Program-made: the position numbers and the translations under genes
IMG/VR virus record: IMGVR_UViG_3300049825_000338
Span: 84,600-106,011 of that record
DNA: 21,412 nucleotides
Direction: 5' to 3' (one strand)
Source: a virus
Taxonomy: Duplodnaviria; Heunggongvirae; Uroviricota; Caudoviricetes
The notes under the pieces: model-generated
Seen by the model: only the letters and a program-made list of their open reading frames with translations
Told to the model about the DNA's origin: nothing
Databases searched by the model: none
Part shown: piece after piece, positions 7,700 through 17,100 of the stretch
Layout: every line of letters starts with the position of its first letter
Numbering within the stretch: the stretch's first letter is position 1

Positions 7700-8059
7700 C
7701 TACACCGAGACAGCGCCACCGGCCACAGCGAGCCACGTTGCCTGATCTACGATACCTGTAGGAGATACAGCGATTTTTCGTTGAATCTCTTTGGTTTTTT
7801 CTTCGGTTTTAAGATCAAAGTTGCCAGTTATTTCAATGCCGACAATGACTTGCCATCGGCCGACGTCCAAACTAATGTCTCCACGTCTAAGTTCTTTGAC
7901 AAATGCAGGGTTTGGACGTCCCTTTGGGTCACTAAACCCAGGAACTGTACGCGGTGAAAAGATATCGAACGTTGGTTCGACAGGATCGTTCTTTCTCGAC
8001 CATACGTAACCTATTGCCAAACCAGACAAGATCACTAGGATAAGAACGATTACTAACAT
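7700..8059 (-). CDS. Membrane-anchored peptidoglycan-binding protein (N-terminal TM + PG_binding_1-like domain), no catalytic domain
   Basis: Hydrophobic MLVIVLILVILSGLAIGYVW, then LRRGDISLDVGRWQ...TGNFD..T...K.IQ......TGIVDQATW, which matches the PG-binding-1 consensus. Confidence 0.7.
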   Translation of the reverse strand: MLVIVLILVILSGLAIGYVWSRKNDPVEPTFDIFSPRTVPGFSDPKGRPNPAFVKELRRGDISLDVGRWQVIVGIEITGNFDLKTEEKTKEIQRKIAVSPTGIVDQATWLAVAGGAVSV

Positions 8060-8132
8060 GCCCGGACTTCTGTTCTAGTTGATTCCTGGGAGTTTGCAAG
8101 CGGCCCTTGGGAAGCTAGCGCAGGCGGGCAAT

Positions 8133-8570
8133 TCATTTGTAGGTAGGTGTACCTACGCCACCGATTAAGGCACCGGCAGCGGGCTTAGTCTGCTCGACTT
8201 TACGGATAATTCCGTAGTACGCAGAGGTAATGATAGTTGTGATTAGCGCTTCAAGCTGGCTTTGACTAATGTCTAGTCCGTTCTTTAGCGCAAACGCAGC
8301 AGCGAATGATACAAGAAGAGGCACGAGCGTACGCTTCAGAGAAGCCAGCCAAGCCTGAGTGTCTTCATAAGAAGGTGCTCCAGCCCAGCCCAGAAGCCAG
8401 CCAGCCTTGGGGAATTTAATCTCAAGCAGACGAACGCCGACGTACCAAACAAACGCCACTAGTGAAGCCAGTAGAAGGGGCGCTCCAGTCACGCCCACAA
8501 GTACATAGCCAGCCAGAAGCGGAACTATGACGGTTCGGATGATTGAACGTACAATGGTGGGTTTGTTCAT
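8133..8570 (-). CDS. Holin-like membrane protein built from two tandem repeat units (145 aa)
   Basis: Four hydrophobic stretches. Two copies of the pattern RT..VPLL...Y..R..E...P.AG.L.G..G.P.Y, recalled from actinophage holins. Confidence 0.65.
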   Translation of the reverse strand: MNKPTIVRSIIRTVIVPLLAGYVLVGVTGAPLLLASLVAFVWYVGVRLLEIKFPKAGWLLGWAGAPSYEDTQAWLASLKRTLVPLLVSFAAAFALKNGLDISQSQLEALITTIITSAYYGIIRKVEQTKPAAGALIGGVGTPTYK

Positions 8571-8791
8571 GAAAGTAGGGTATCTATTTCTTCTTGTGTC
8601 AGACCTAATTTAGTCAGAATCGCCTGCTTTGATGCGGCTAGTTTAGCAATAGCGGCTGCTCCGCGTTCTTCGTTGATCTTGGCGATTTTCTGTATATGCT
8701 CATTGTACTGGGACTCAGTCACTTCAAATGAGCCTTCAGGAATTTCTCCACCTAGAAGTGCAAATGTTGCTCCATTTGATATGTATCTCAT
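8567..8791 (-). CDS. Small helical protein, possible tail-fibre chaperone (74 aa)
   Basis: ATGA overlaps at both ends, so the start is 8791. C-terminal KLGLTQEEIDTLL pattern is recalled from small genes that follow fibre genes. Confidence 0.5.
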   Translation of the reverse strand: MRYISNGATFALLGGEIPEGSFEVTESQYNEHIQKIAKINEERGAAAIAKLAASKQAILTKLGLTQEEIDTLLS

Positions 8792-9453
8792 GCTGTGCCA
8801 CTCCAAATTCTAAATGAGCTTTGTACGGCAGCAATAACATTAAATACTGCTACCGGAGAAGGAATCGGTGTGATATCAATATCAATTCCAATTGTGTAGG
8901 AAGCCGCAGGTCCGAGATTCGGTAATTTGTAATCAAATCCATGATAGAAAACACGGTTTGGGTCGGCATTAAGGCCTCGTACTTCATGCTGAGAGGAGAT
9001 ATGAACTGCACCATTTACCAGCATTTGAGGCGTAAATCTGAGAGTCTGCCCTGTTGTTGCTGCATAAGTGACACTGTATTCAAGACGTCCCATCACTGCA
9101 ATAGTTTCACAAGTCGAGTTAGTGATAATTTGGTCTTGAATCACCGCTCCAGCAACACCGCGTAATTCGGTTGGTGGTGGTACGGTAGCAGGAGCAAACT
9201 CTACACCATTATAGTCAAGTCGCGCATCAGGATAGTCGGTTTTGAAGTGAGACTCTTTGACCCAGTATTCGCCGGTTGTGCAGTCGAATCTAAGGTCGTC
9301 TCCACATCCAGGACCGCGTCCAGCAAGCTTTGTGCCGGAAATATACTGAAGACCAGTTATGAGGTTGACCCAAATTCCAGCTCCTGTCTGGCACCAGTTG
9401 CCGGAAGCGTCCGGTGGCGTTGTTGGCGTTACGCCACAGATTTCAGTAGTCAT
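8788..9453 (-). CDS. Putative minor tail protein (221 aa)
   Basis: Position in the structural operon, Cys-containing N-terminus and beta-rich C-terminal domain. Confidence 0.5.
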   Translation of the reverse strand: MTTEICGVTPTTPPDASGNWCQTGAGIWVNLITGLQYISGTKLAGRGPGCGDDLRFDCTTGEYWVKESHFKTDYPDARLDYNGVEFAPATVPPPTELRGVAGAVIQDQIITNSTCETIAVMGRLEYSVTYAATTGQTLRFTPQMLVNGAVHISSQHEVRGLNADPNRVFYHGFDYKLPNLGPAASYTIGIDIDITPIPSPVAVFNVIAAVQSSFRIWSGTA

Positions 9454-9469
9454 CAGCGCCTAAAGTCTA

Positions 9470-10237
9470 TCATCCCCGGACGTTACCGGAAGATTGCATG
9501 TCAGGACTCCACACAAAGCTGGCAGACTGGAGTTTCTTGGGATTGTACGTGGTTAGGAATACGTCTACCGCAGGAATACCGAATAGGCCAAGATCACGAA
9601 GTTCTGTAGGGTCAGTCATGTCAAATGACACACCTTGACGGGTTATTCCCTTAACATTCTGAGGAAGTTGGCAAGGTTGTCCTGAGCAGAGGGCAATGTA
9701 CTCGCAGGCAAGCTCTCGTGCGGCGCGTCGTCCCATGGCTGGAACGGCAATACCGTGCTCTACCGTAACTGTAAAGGTTCCAGGGTCTCCTGGGTCTCTG
9801 TCCATGAACTGGCAGACTGGCCAATCCGTACGCTCAAACAGTGGGGCAACGGGCTTACGAACGAGGTAGCGGTAGTTGTGAATGGCGTACTCACTAGCTG
9901 GGAGAATGACACCCTCGATATCAACCTCAACGACGTTAGTTATTGGCCATAGACCTAAGTCAATTTTTCGATAACCACGGCAGCAGCTGCATGGGTCGCC
10001 GTCAAACCAGGTGTCCCAGCACCCGCATCCTCCCTGCACACAGGGTCGAACAACCGAGGTGCAGGTTCCCGAAAACTGGTGCCCTGAAGCGAGGTACAGT
10101 ATTTCTGAAGCAATTTCGATGGCTTCCTGGATATCTGCGTCAGGAATGGTAGCACAGTCGATGCGAGCACAGCATGAGCGTACTTCGGCCACAGTTGCCC
10201 AGTCTACGCAGGCTTGATGATCAATAAATGCAGCCAT
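9470..10237 (-). CDS. Cys-rich head-to-tail adaptor-like protein (255 aa)
   Basis: AIEIASEILYLASGHQFSG, ITNVVEVDIEG, TFTVTVEHGIAVP..G.RAA.ELACE, LPQNV..ITRQGVS...DP and VD.FL..YNP..L. Recognised from memory as the Cys-rich adaptor family of actinophages. Confidence 0.65.
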   Translation of the reverse strand: MAAFIDHQACVDWATVAEVRSCCARIDCATIPDADIQEAIEIASEILYLASGHQFSGTCTSVVRPCVQGGCGCWDTWFDGDPCSCCRGYRKIDLGLWPITNVVEVDIEGVILPASEYAIHNYRYLVRKPVAPLFERTDWPVCQFMDRDPGDPGTFTVTVEHGIAVPAMGRRAARELACEYIALCSGQPCQLPQNVKGITRQGVSFDMTDPTELRDLGLFGIPAVDVFLTTYNPKKLQSASFVWSPDMQSSGNVRG

Positions 10238-10248
10238 TTGAGTGTCCA

Positions 10249-10258
10249 GTATAGGTTA
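10249..10258 (-). repeat. Intergenic 10-bp motif TAACCTATAC, copy 2 (includes the upstream stop and a TATACT -10-like hexamer)
   Basis: Plus-strand GTATAGGTTA at 10249-10258. Confidence 0.6.
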
Positions 10259-10960
10259 TTGGCCCGTGTCACAAGGACTGTAGAAACAAGTTTTCACAGC
10301 AGGCGTACCCACACCCGCTCTGTACCTTACGATCACAGTCACGTCCGTAGCCTGGCTAAACTCATTAATAGCATTCCAGCTTATTCTTACGCGCTGCTTT
10401 GCTGGAACAAAGTCAGATATATTAAACTCAAATCGAGTTTCATCATCAGTGAAAACTGATCCAGTAAGAGATGGAAGAAGATATCTTTGGCCATTTATGC
10501 AGAACTCTTCTCCTCCAGCTCCAGTTGGAGGGCAGTGACATAGTATTATGATTTGAAATATTTCAGCGTCAAAGGGTGGTTCCCAAGACGGCGCACTCCC
10601 AGAAAAAGGAAAAACTCCTGGGTTCGACCACACGATTTCTCTCGTATCGTCACCACTACCGAGCTTCTTACATGTTCGTGTTGTGGGTGTTCCGTCAAAA
10701 AATTCTGTTACAGTACACAGATTAACGCCGTCGAAATCAAGTTCTCCTGGCCAGATAGGGGTAATTTCATATGTTATTCGGCGCATCGGTCCGCCGTCAC
10801 CAAAGTCAGATACCGGAGACACAAGAGATACGCAACCGAAAGAGTTGCACGTTCTTGTCCACTTTGCCCCCTGACTTGAGCCTTTTTCTAGTCGTCTGAT
10901 ACGGTCCTCTACCTGCTGAATGGTGCTAGGAAACGTAGACTTTGACTTGCGATAACTCAT
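10256..10960 (-). CDS. Putative minor tail protein (234 aa)
   Basis: ATGA-coupled to the Tal-like gene. N-terminal IQQVEDRIRRLEKG coiled segment is typical of the gene after Tal. Confidence 0.55.
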   Translation of the reverse strand: MSYRKSKSTFPSTIQQVEDRIRRLEKGSSQGAKWTRTCNSFGCVSLVSPVSDFGDGGPMRRITYEITPIWPGELDFDGVNLCTVTEFFDGTPTTRTCKKLGSGDDTREIVWSNPGVFPFSGSAPSWEPPFDAEIFQIIILCHCPPTGAGGEEFCINGQRYLLPSLTGSVFTDDETRFEFNISDFVPAKQRVRISWNAINEFSQATDVTVIVRYRAGVGTPAVKTCFYSPCDTGQ

Positions 10961-12999
10961 ATTCTGATCTCCGGTGCTCCAGCGTCAAACGTGCCAAGAG
11001 GCGTAAGCGCAACGCTCACGGACTCATCATCTTGAGTTGCCGTAACTGACAAGCTCTGAATTCTGTACAGGTCTACAAACGGTCGTCCAGCGAGGTTTGC
11101 TGTGACGCCGATACGAATGCGACGACCTGGAATCAGGCATGATGTTCCGAATGGAGCGTTAGCGGCTAGCCGACCTCCAGAAATGTAGGCGTGCGGCGAT
11201 GATAAGAATTCCCAACGAGTACGGGCAGCTTGATCTACAGACAAATCCTGCTCTGCCGAGACGGCAGCGCAGTCGTCCTCTATAGCCGATTCGTCGAATG
11301 AACGCTCTATGAGACCGAATTGCTGCCCCGCAGCCGTCAGAAGGGCTACAGAGGCCTCTCCTGAGCCTCCAGCTGGTCCGGGATACACGCCGTACTCGTC
11401 GTAACCGTCTGAACCGGCAGCACCTGCTCCCACGATCGTGCGGGTCGCCATGTCAGCTCCAATGACCTTGACATCGGGTGGCTGAGACCAGTGCTCTTCT
11501 ATGATGTATGGAATATCTCCGCCACGAATTTCGATCTCTCCAGCGAAGCAGGTTCGACCGACCATCGTGAAGTCAACACCAGAACGAGCAAGTTCTCTGA
11601 GTTCGTCTCCAGCATAGCGGAACTGCTCAAGAGAGTATTCTCGCGTTCCTCGTATACCCGATGGCTTCAAGTGAAGTCGAAAGTTAGGTCGTGGGTCCGG
11701 TTGAAGACCTGACGCAATCACATCTTGAAAAATGTATGCCAGATCAAGGCATTCGGCGTAATATCCTTCGGGATTACGCACAATCTTACGAACGTCTAGC
11801 CAGGAAAACAGGTCTTGCGCTTCAATAATTACGCTTCCGTTAGCAGCCGAGTAATCAATCTCGGATACTCGACCAGCCCAAGCCAGTTCATCGTTTCTAA
11901 AAATCGCTACCTCATGCTCCCACGGATTTACGGAGTCGATACAAGAACCGCACTGGGCGCGAGCCAGCACCACGGTAGCTGTGCTGACTTCGTCGAGAGT
12001 CCGATTCCACCTAACCGAGACAAACTCTCGCGGAACGCAGTACACTTTTTCGCCTCCCATGTTTCTAATCTCAACGGTGTACTCTCCGCAACCTAAGCGT
12101 GAGTCACAGGTATACAGACCGGCAACTTCTTCGTCGGTAACGTTAAGAGGAAAGGTGCTCTGAATGAGTGCAGGCGTGCTCCCCGTTACTTCAGGGGGGC
12201 AGACCGGAATGTCCACACCAACAGATGAAATAGCGGTAAAGCCGAATCCGACTTGCGTACCGTCTATATCCATTGTTATGGTGTGGAAGCCGGGAGTGAG
12301 GTTGAACAACGATGCCGAGTATTCGTGCGATGACGATGTGTTGACGATCTGGACAACAATGCCGTCCACAGAAACTCGTACTGGAAGCGAGATTTCTGGA
12401 CGATTAGGGCTTGACGCAGCGCCGGATATCGTTAGTTGTCCGCATTTAGTCCCTACAACAGCAGACGCCGTTCCTACTGGTCGAATCGGCACACCAACAA
12501 ACGGGGTAGGTGATGGCTCTGGAGTCAGTCCTCCTCCTGCTACAGAACCCAGAAATGCTCCGCCGCTGCAAAGTAAAGGAGACAACACAGCTCGCGCTGT
12601 CGCTTCGGTGAGTGCGGAAGCTGCTGGATTAATTGAATAATGCACATGATCGGTGTGCTTGTTTGGTCCACTGAAGGTGTGCCAGTCTCGATCACTAGTC
12701 CATCGCTTTGCATTCCAAATAACTTCTTGAATGCCAAGTTCCGCCGAAGCCATAACAAGCGCTGAGGCGATAACGTCACCACCCGCCTTATCAGAAACCA
12801 TCACATCATGGGCACGTCCGCAGGCGTGAACAGACAGCGTTGACGTTCCTTGAACATTTCGGACGTTGAATCCAGAACCTAGCGGGTATTTGACACCAGG
12901 GACGCGACATTCATTGAGAATGGTGATGATGTTTTTAAGGCCAGACACCATACCGGAAGCGGGTGATGAGCAGCCTACGTAGGTTGTTGGGAATGCCAT
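10957..12999 (-). CDS. Tail-tip hub (Tal/gp37-like) protein with N-terminal M15-type Zn peptidase and Ig-like linker (680 aa)
   Basis: N-terminal H-x6-D (HACGRAHD) plus HxH (HTDHVH) zinc motifs and a Pro/Gly linker. C-terminal hub signature: VSVRWNRTLDEVSTATV, HEVAIFRNDELAWAGRV, IEAQDLFSWLDVR. Confidence 0.75.
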   Translation of the reverse strand: MAFPTTYVGCSSPASGMVSGLKNIITILNECRVPGVKYPLGSGFNVRNVQGTSTLSVHACGRAHDVMVSDKAGGDVIASALVMASAELGIQEVIWNAKRWTSDRDWHTFSGPNKHTDHVHYSINPAASALTEATARAVLSPLLCSGGAFLGSVAGGGLTPEPSPTPFVGVPIRPVGTASAVVGTKCGQLTISGAASSPNRPEISLPVRVSVDGIVVQIVNTSSSHEYSASLFNLTPGFHTITMDIDGTQVGFGFTAISSVGVDIPVCPPEVTGSTPALIQSTFPLNVTDEEVAGLYTCDSRLGCGEYTVEIRNMGGEKVYCVPREFVSVRWNRTLDEVSTATVVLARAQCGSCIDSVNPWEHEVAIFRNDELAWAGRVSEIDYSAANGSVIIEAQDLFSWLDVRKIVRNPEGYYAECLDLAYIFQDVIASGLQPDPRPNFRLHLKPSGIRGTREYSLEQFRYAGDELRELARSGVDFTMVGRTCFAGEIEIRGGDIPYIIEEHWSQPPDVKVIGADMATRTIVGAGAAGSDGYDEYGVYPGPAGGSGEASVALLTAAGQQFGLIERSFDESAIEDDCAAVSAEQDLSVDQAARTRWEFLSSPHAYISGGRLAANAPFGTSCLIPGRRIRIGVTANLAGRPFVDLYRIQSLSVTATQDDESVSVALTPLGTFDAGAPEIRI

Positions 13000-13002
13000 C
13001 GG

Positions 13003-14181
13003 CTAAAACTCTCTGTGGACTGTCACAACTTCAACAGTAACACTTGAATCTGCACACATACCTAATTGTTTTACCGTCAAGCAAACACCCCCGCACGTGA
13101 CGTCAAGCCATGTGAATGGTTGACCGGCTGGCACGGTGAGGAGTGACGATCCTTGGACTCTGTTGCCCACTGCGTCCTCAAGATACACTTCTCGTCTGAC
13201 GGAATCATACACAAACGTAGAGTTTGCAGGTATAGACGCTATGTCCATGGAAATGCAGTTGTCGCTTGTCGGTGGTTCCGGACATACTGCACACTTTGGT
13301 GTAGATGGCGGAGGGCACGCCTGACCGAAGATGTCTACTCGACCCACAAGACGCATACGAGGTGAGCGCTTTGCGCCCGTACGAATGATCACCTTCGCAG
13401 CGGTTGAGCCAACGGACAACGGCTCGTCAATGAAAGCAGAAACAGACGAACAATCGAATGGGTTGCACACGGTTCGGGCGGGGAACGGCGTAGGAGGAAG
13501 TACGCGATTCTCACACTTATAGAGATACGGTGATTCCGACCCCATTACGAACGTAGCGCGCAGAACATGACAATCCTGATTCTGAAACACCTGAGTGTAA
13601 TGCGGACCGTCGATTAGGCCCACATCATACAGTTGCCAACGACCTTCATCTATATTGGCTGGATCACAGGACAGCCGCACTTCGGCATCACAAACCTGAC
13701 ACGCATCGTCGGTGCATCCTCCACCCTTCAGCTTGTCGTTTAGCCATCGGACGCCGTACTGCATACCCCCTTGATCGCAAGCGAACAGTAGTGCTGTTAC
13801 GGTGAATTCACGATAGGTAGTCGACAGCGGACCTAGCGCTCCACCGGTTCCTAGACCCATTCCGGATTGAGGCGAACGCTGGAAGGTTGGATCATTAAAC
13901 CCGTCAATGCGCTCAATTACGGCCCCTAAGAACTTAGACGACGAAGGTGAAGCGGAGTTGAACCACGGTGATGGGAAGAGGTTGAAGTTCAAAGGAGTTA
14001 CTTCATCCTCATCGAACTTATTCCAGATGCACCCCTCTAGCGCTGGGAAAACTGAGACGATTTGAGAAAGACTATTAGAGCCTACGCACTGACAGTTGTC
14101 GAGGTAAGTCTTTAGGCGCGCTGGGTTGAATACGTCACCCTGAACGCCCTCACATAGACCTAGACGTAGAAATGGAATCAT
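13003..14181 (-). CDS. Distal-tail (Dit-like) minor tail protein, Cys-rich (392 aa)
   Basis: Directly after the tape measure (ATGA overlap). REFTVTALL, RATFVMGSESPYLY and IPANSTFVYDSVRREV patterns fit Dit-like proteins. Confidence 0.65.
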   Translation of the reverse strand: MIPFLRLGLCEGVQGDVFNPARLKTYLDNCQCVGSNSLSQIVSVFPALEGCIWNKFDEDEVTPLNFNLFPSPWFNSASPSSSKFLGAVIERIDGFNDPTFQRSPQSGMGLGTGGALGPLSTTYREFTVTALLFACDQGGMQYGVRWLNDKLKGGGCTDDACQVCDAEVRLSCDPANIDEGRWQLYDVGLIDGPHYTQVFQNQDCHVLRATFVMGSESPYLYKCENRVLPPTPFPARTVCNPFDCSSVSAFIDEPLSVGSTAAKVIIRTGAKRSPRMRLVGRVDIFGQACPPPSTPKCAVCPEPPTSDNCISMDIASIPANSTFVYDSVRREVYLEDAVGNRVQGSSLLTVPAGQPFTWLDVTCGGVCLTVKQLGMCADSSVTVEVVTVHREF

Positions 14182-17100
14182 GCTCTCTGTAGTTGCCCTT
14201 CAACTTGTGCGATAATAGCCGACGCCACGGCCTCCGGGTTAGAAGCGTTAGAAGACACCTGAAACACGATCTGATCGCGGAGTGCTGTAAGGTCACCAGG
14301 TCTACGATCGGTTGCACTGAAGTATCGCTCAAGCGCATCGCTAACGGCCTTGGCAATTAGTTCACCTTCGGTCTTTGCGGCAGCCTGAATAGCGCTATCT
14401 CGTTGAGAGTTTAGCGAAGAGGACAGCTTTCCGAGTTGCGCTGGATCAGCTGCAAGAAGCTTACGAATTTGTTTAACAGATTCCGGTCCGGTAATGCCGA
14501 GCGACTGAAGTGCTGAATCGGACAGGCCGCGCTTTTTCAGTTCATCTCGTCCGGAAGTGAATTCCTTGATAGCCGATGTACGGAAGTCCGTGTTCTTGAG
14601 TAGACGACTCACGTTTACGCCGGGGTTCAGCTGTAGCTTGGATGTAGCTGATCCAATAAACTCTTGCGCCTTATTTACGATTGACTTGGCTGTATCGGCA
14701 AATGACTGCTGAAGACCTTTCAAAGCGTCAGCCATGCGCTGTGATGCCTTTTGCGCCTCTTCGGCCGCTTTCTGAGCGGCTTCTCCCGCACGTTGGGCGG
14801 CATCGGCAGCTTCTTTCTGAGCCTTCTCTATAGCTTTCTGCGCATCTTCGCGCTTCTTGGCTGCGTTGGCGTCGACACCGGCACGAATAGCTCCCTGATC
14901 GGCTCCTTGAGCGCCTTTGACGGCTTTCTCAAACTCACCCTTCAGAATAGAAAGTTCTGCTCGTCTCTGCTTTAGCAGTTCTGGGTCACCTAGTGTGCCC
15001 AGTTCCTGAAGTTTCTGTAGCTGATCAAACGCTTCTTGCGCCTTATCCAGTTTGACCTTGATTTCTATCGTAGTGTTTTTGAGACCAAGCACCTGATCGT
15101 AGAGCAGCTTCAGCTGGTCCTTGGAGTACCCGGCCTGTACTCCGGTTGCCATGATTTGGTCAATCCACTGCTGGTAAACAGCGTCAATTTCGTTAGCGTC
15201 TTTGCCGATTGATAGTGCAGCCTGCACGTAATTCAGCCAGGCGTCCGTGCTACCTTCAAGAACGGAGCGAAGATCGGTAACAGAACTATCCGAGGTGGCA
15301 ATAGTGTCGTTCAGCTTATTGAGAGCACCTATTGCCGACGTATATGCTTCTTGTGATGAGAAGACCTTGCCGAACCCTTCACTCCACGCCTTACCGAACG
15401 CCTCACCCTTAGTGGCCAACGTAGTGACGCTCTTTAGCAGATCGTCCAGTGAAGAAGAAACAGCAACGACTTCCTTTGGACTGATCTTTGCCAAGGCGGC
15501 AGAGAACACGTCAATACCGGCAGAAGCCTCAAACTCTTGTCCAGTCAGTTCCTTGAACTGTTCCTGAAGCTTCTGTGAGGCAGCCACGGCTTTGAAAATG
15601 AGTTCCGGATCAGCTTGCCCGACACCTAGCGCCTTGTTTCCAATCTTGATGCCCGGTATAGTATTTAACGACTTTGCCAGTCCCGTCAACGTCGGGTTAA
15701 GGTCATCAAGTGAAGGCTGAGCAGATAACAAGAATTTTTGAAGTGCAGATTGAATTTCTGGGCTTGCCTCCGAGTAAGCGTCGACAATCACTTTCTTAGA
15801 TGCGTCAATTGTTCTAGCAAGCTCCTTTGACGCTTCGGTCTGGAGTGTTTGAGCGGTATCGAACTTGGCTCTTGCTACGTTAACCTGACTCTCAAACTGC
15901 TTGATGATTACGTCACCGGCATCGGCAACAAAGCCGCGTCGTCCGGGTGTGGCGGCTAGTTGTTCCTGCTGCTTCTTACGCGCCTCATCCGCAAGCTTGT
16001 CGCGTTCGGCAATCAGCTTGTTGTAGTCATCAATATCTGATTGAGTTGCAGTTTTGATGCTCTCAAGGTTGGCTTGCTGTGCTAGAGGGTTTGCTGATGC
16101 CTTGTTTCGAGCCTCAACTTCGACTGAGATAATCTTCTTGTACTCTTCGGAAACTTCTTTAGCGGCTTCCTTGAGCTTTGCGGTTCGTTCCGCAGCGTCA
16201 TTCAAATAGCCCTGAAGAAACCCGAAGCCAGCACCGATAGCAGCACCCCACGGCCCAGCCACGGCAAACCCAGTCGCCGCACCCGCACCAATCCCGGCAA
16301 GGTTGTCAACGACTCCACCGGTCTGTGACGAAACAACCGCTAATGCTGCGCCGATAGCTCCAGCACTTGCCCGCGCTGTGACTCCAAGACTTCGGAATCC
16401 TTCCTTGAGCTTTTCTACTTTCGTTAGTGACGAGGTGATACCTTCTCCACTTCCTCCGAACAGCGCCCCCTGCGGCACGGCGGCAGTTCCGGCAATTGTC
16501 TGAGTTCCTGCACTACGAGCTATTTCGTTCAGCATTTTCATTTTAGCTGTAGCCTGACCAGCAACTACGCCGAGGCCAGCGACTCGCTTACTGATTCCTG
16601 AGACGTTATCAGCAATGGCTCCAGAACGCATTGAAGTACTGAAGGCGTTCATCATTGCAGTAAGTTTCTGAACTACATACAGTGCTAGAAGAACACGAAC
16701 GAAATCCTTGAACACCGTGATGTTGTTCGCCACGGTCTCAAGCAGCGGAGCAACCACGGCCAGAAGAGCACGGAATCCGCCAACAACAGCCCCGCCACCG
16801 AGCTTAGCAAACTCCCCGCCAACGCTGACTAAGGCGGGAAGAAGCTTCTTAGCTGACTCTGTAATTGAAGACAGGCTGTTCAGAATACTCGTGATAGTTG
16901 CTCGCGCACTTTCGGGAGCTTTGCCAACCAAGAATTCAAACACACCGCCTTCACCAGTAAACCCTCCTTCATTGAAGGCCACTGACAACTGCGCAACGAA
17001 GTTGGACGCATTGAAAACAATGTTCTTGAACACGTCGTAGATAGGCTTGCCGATAGTCGACAGAACCTGCGTGAGACCGTCACGGAAGTTGGAGAATGAC

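Noticed and set aside
14700-14900. Repetitive AQKA/EAAQ sequence in the tape measure as a repeat element
   Set aside because: Ordinary low-complexity coiled-coil coding. No exact DNA repeat unit.
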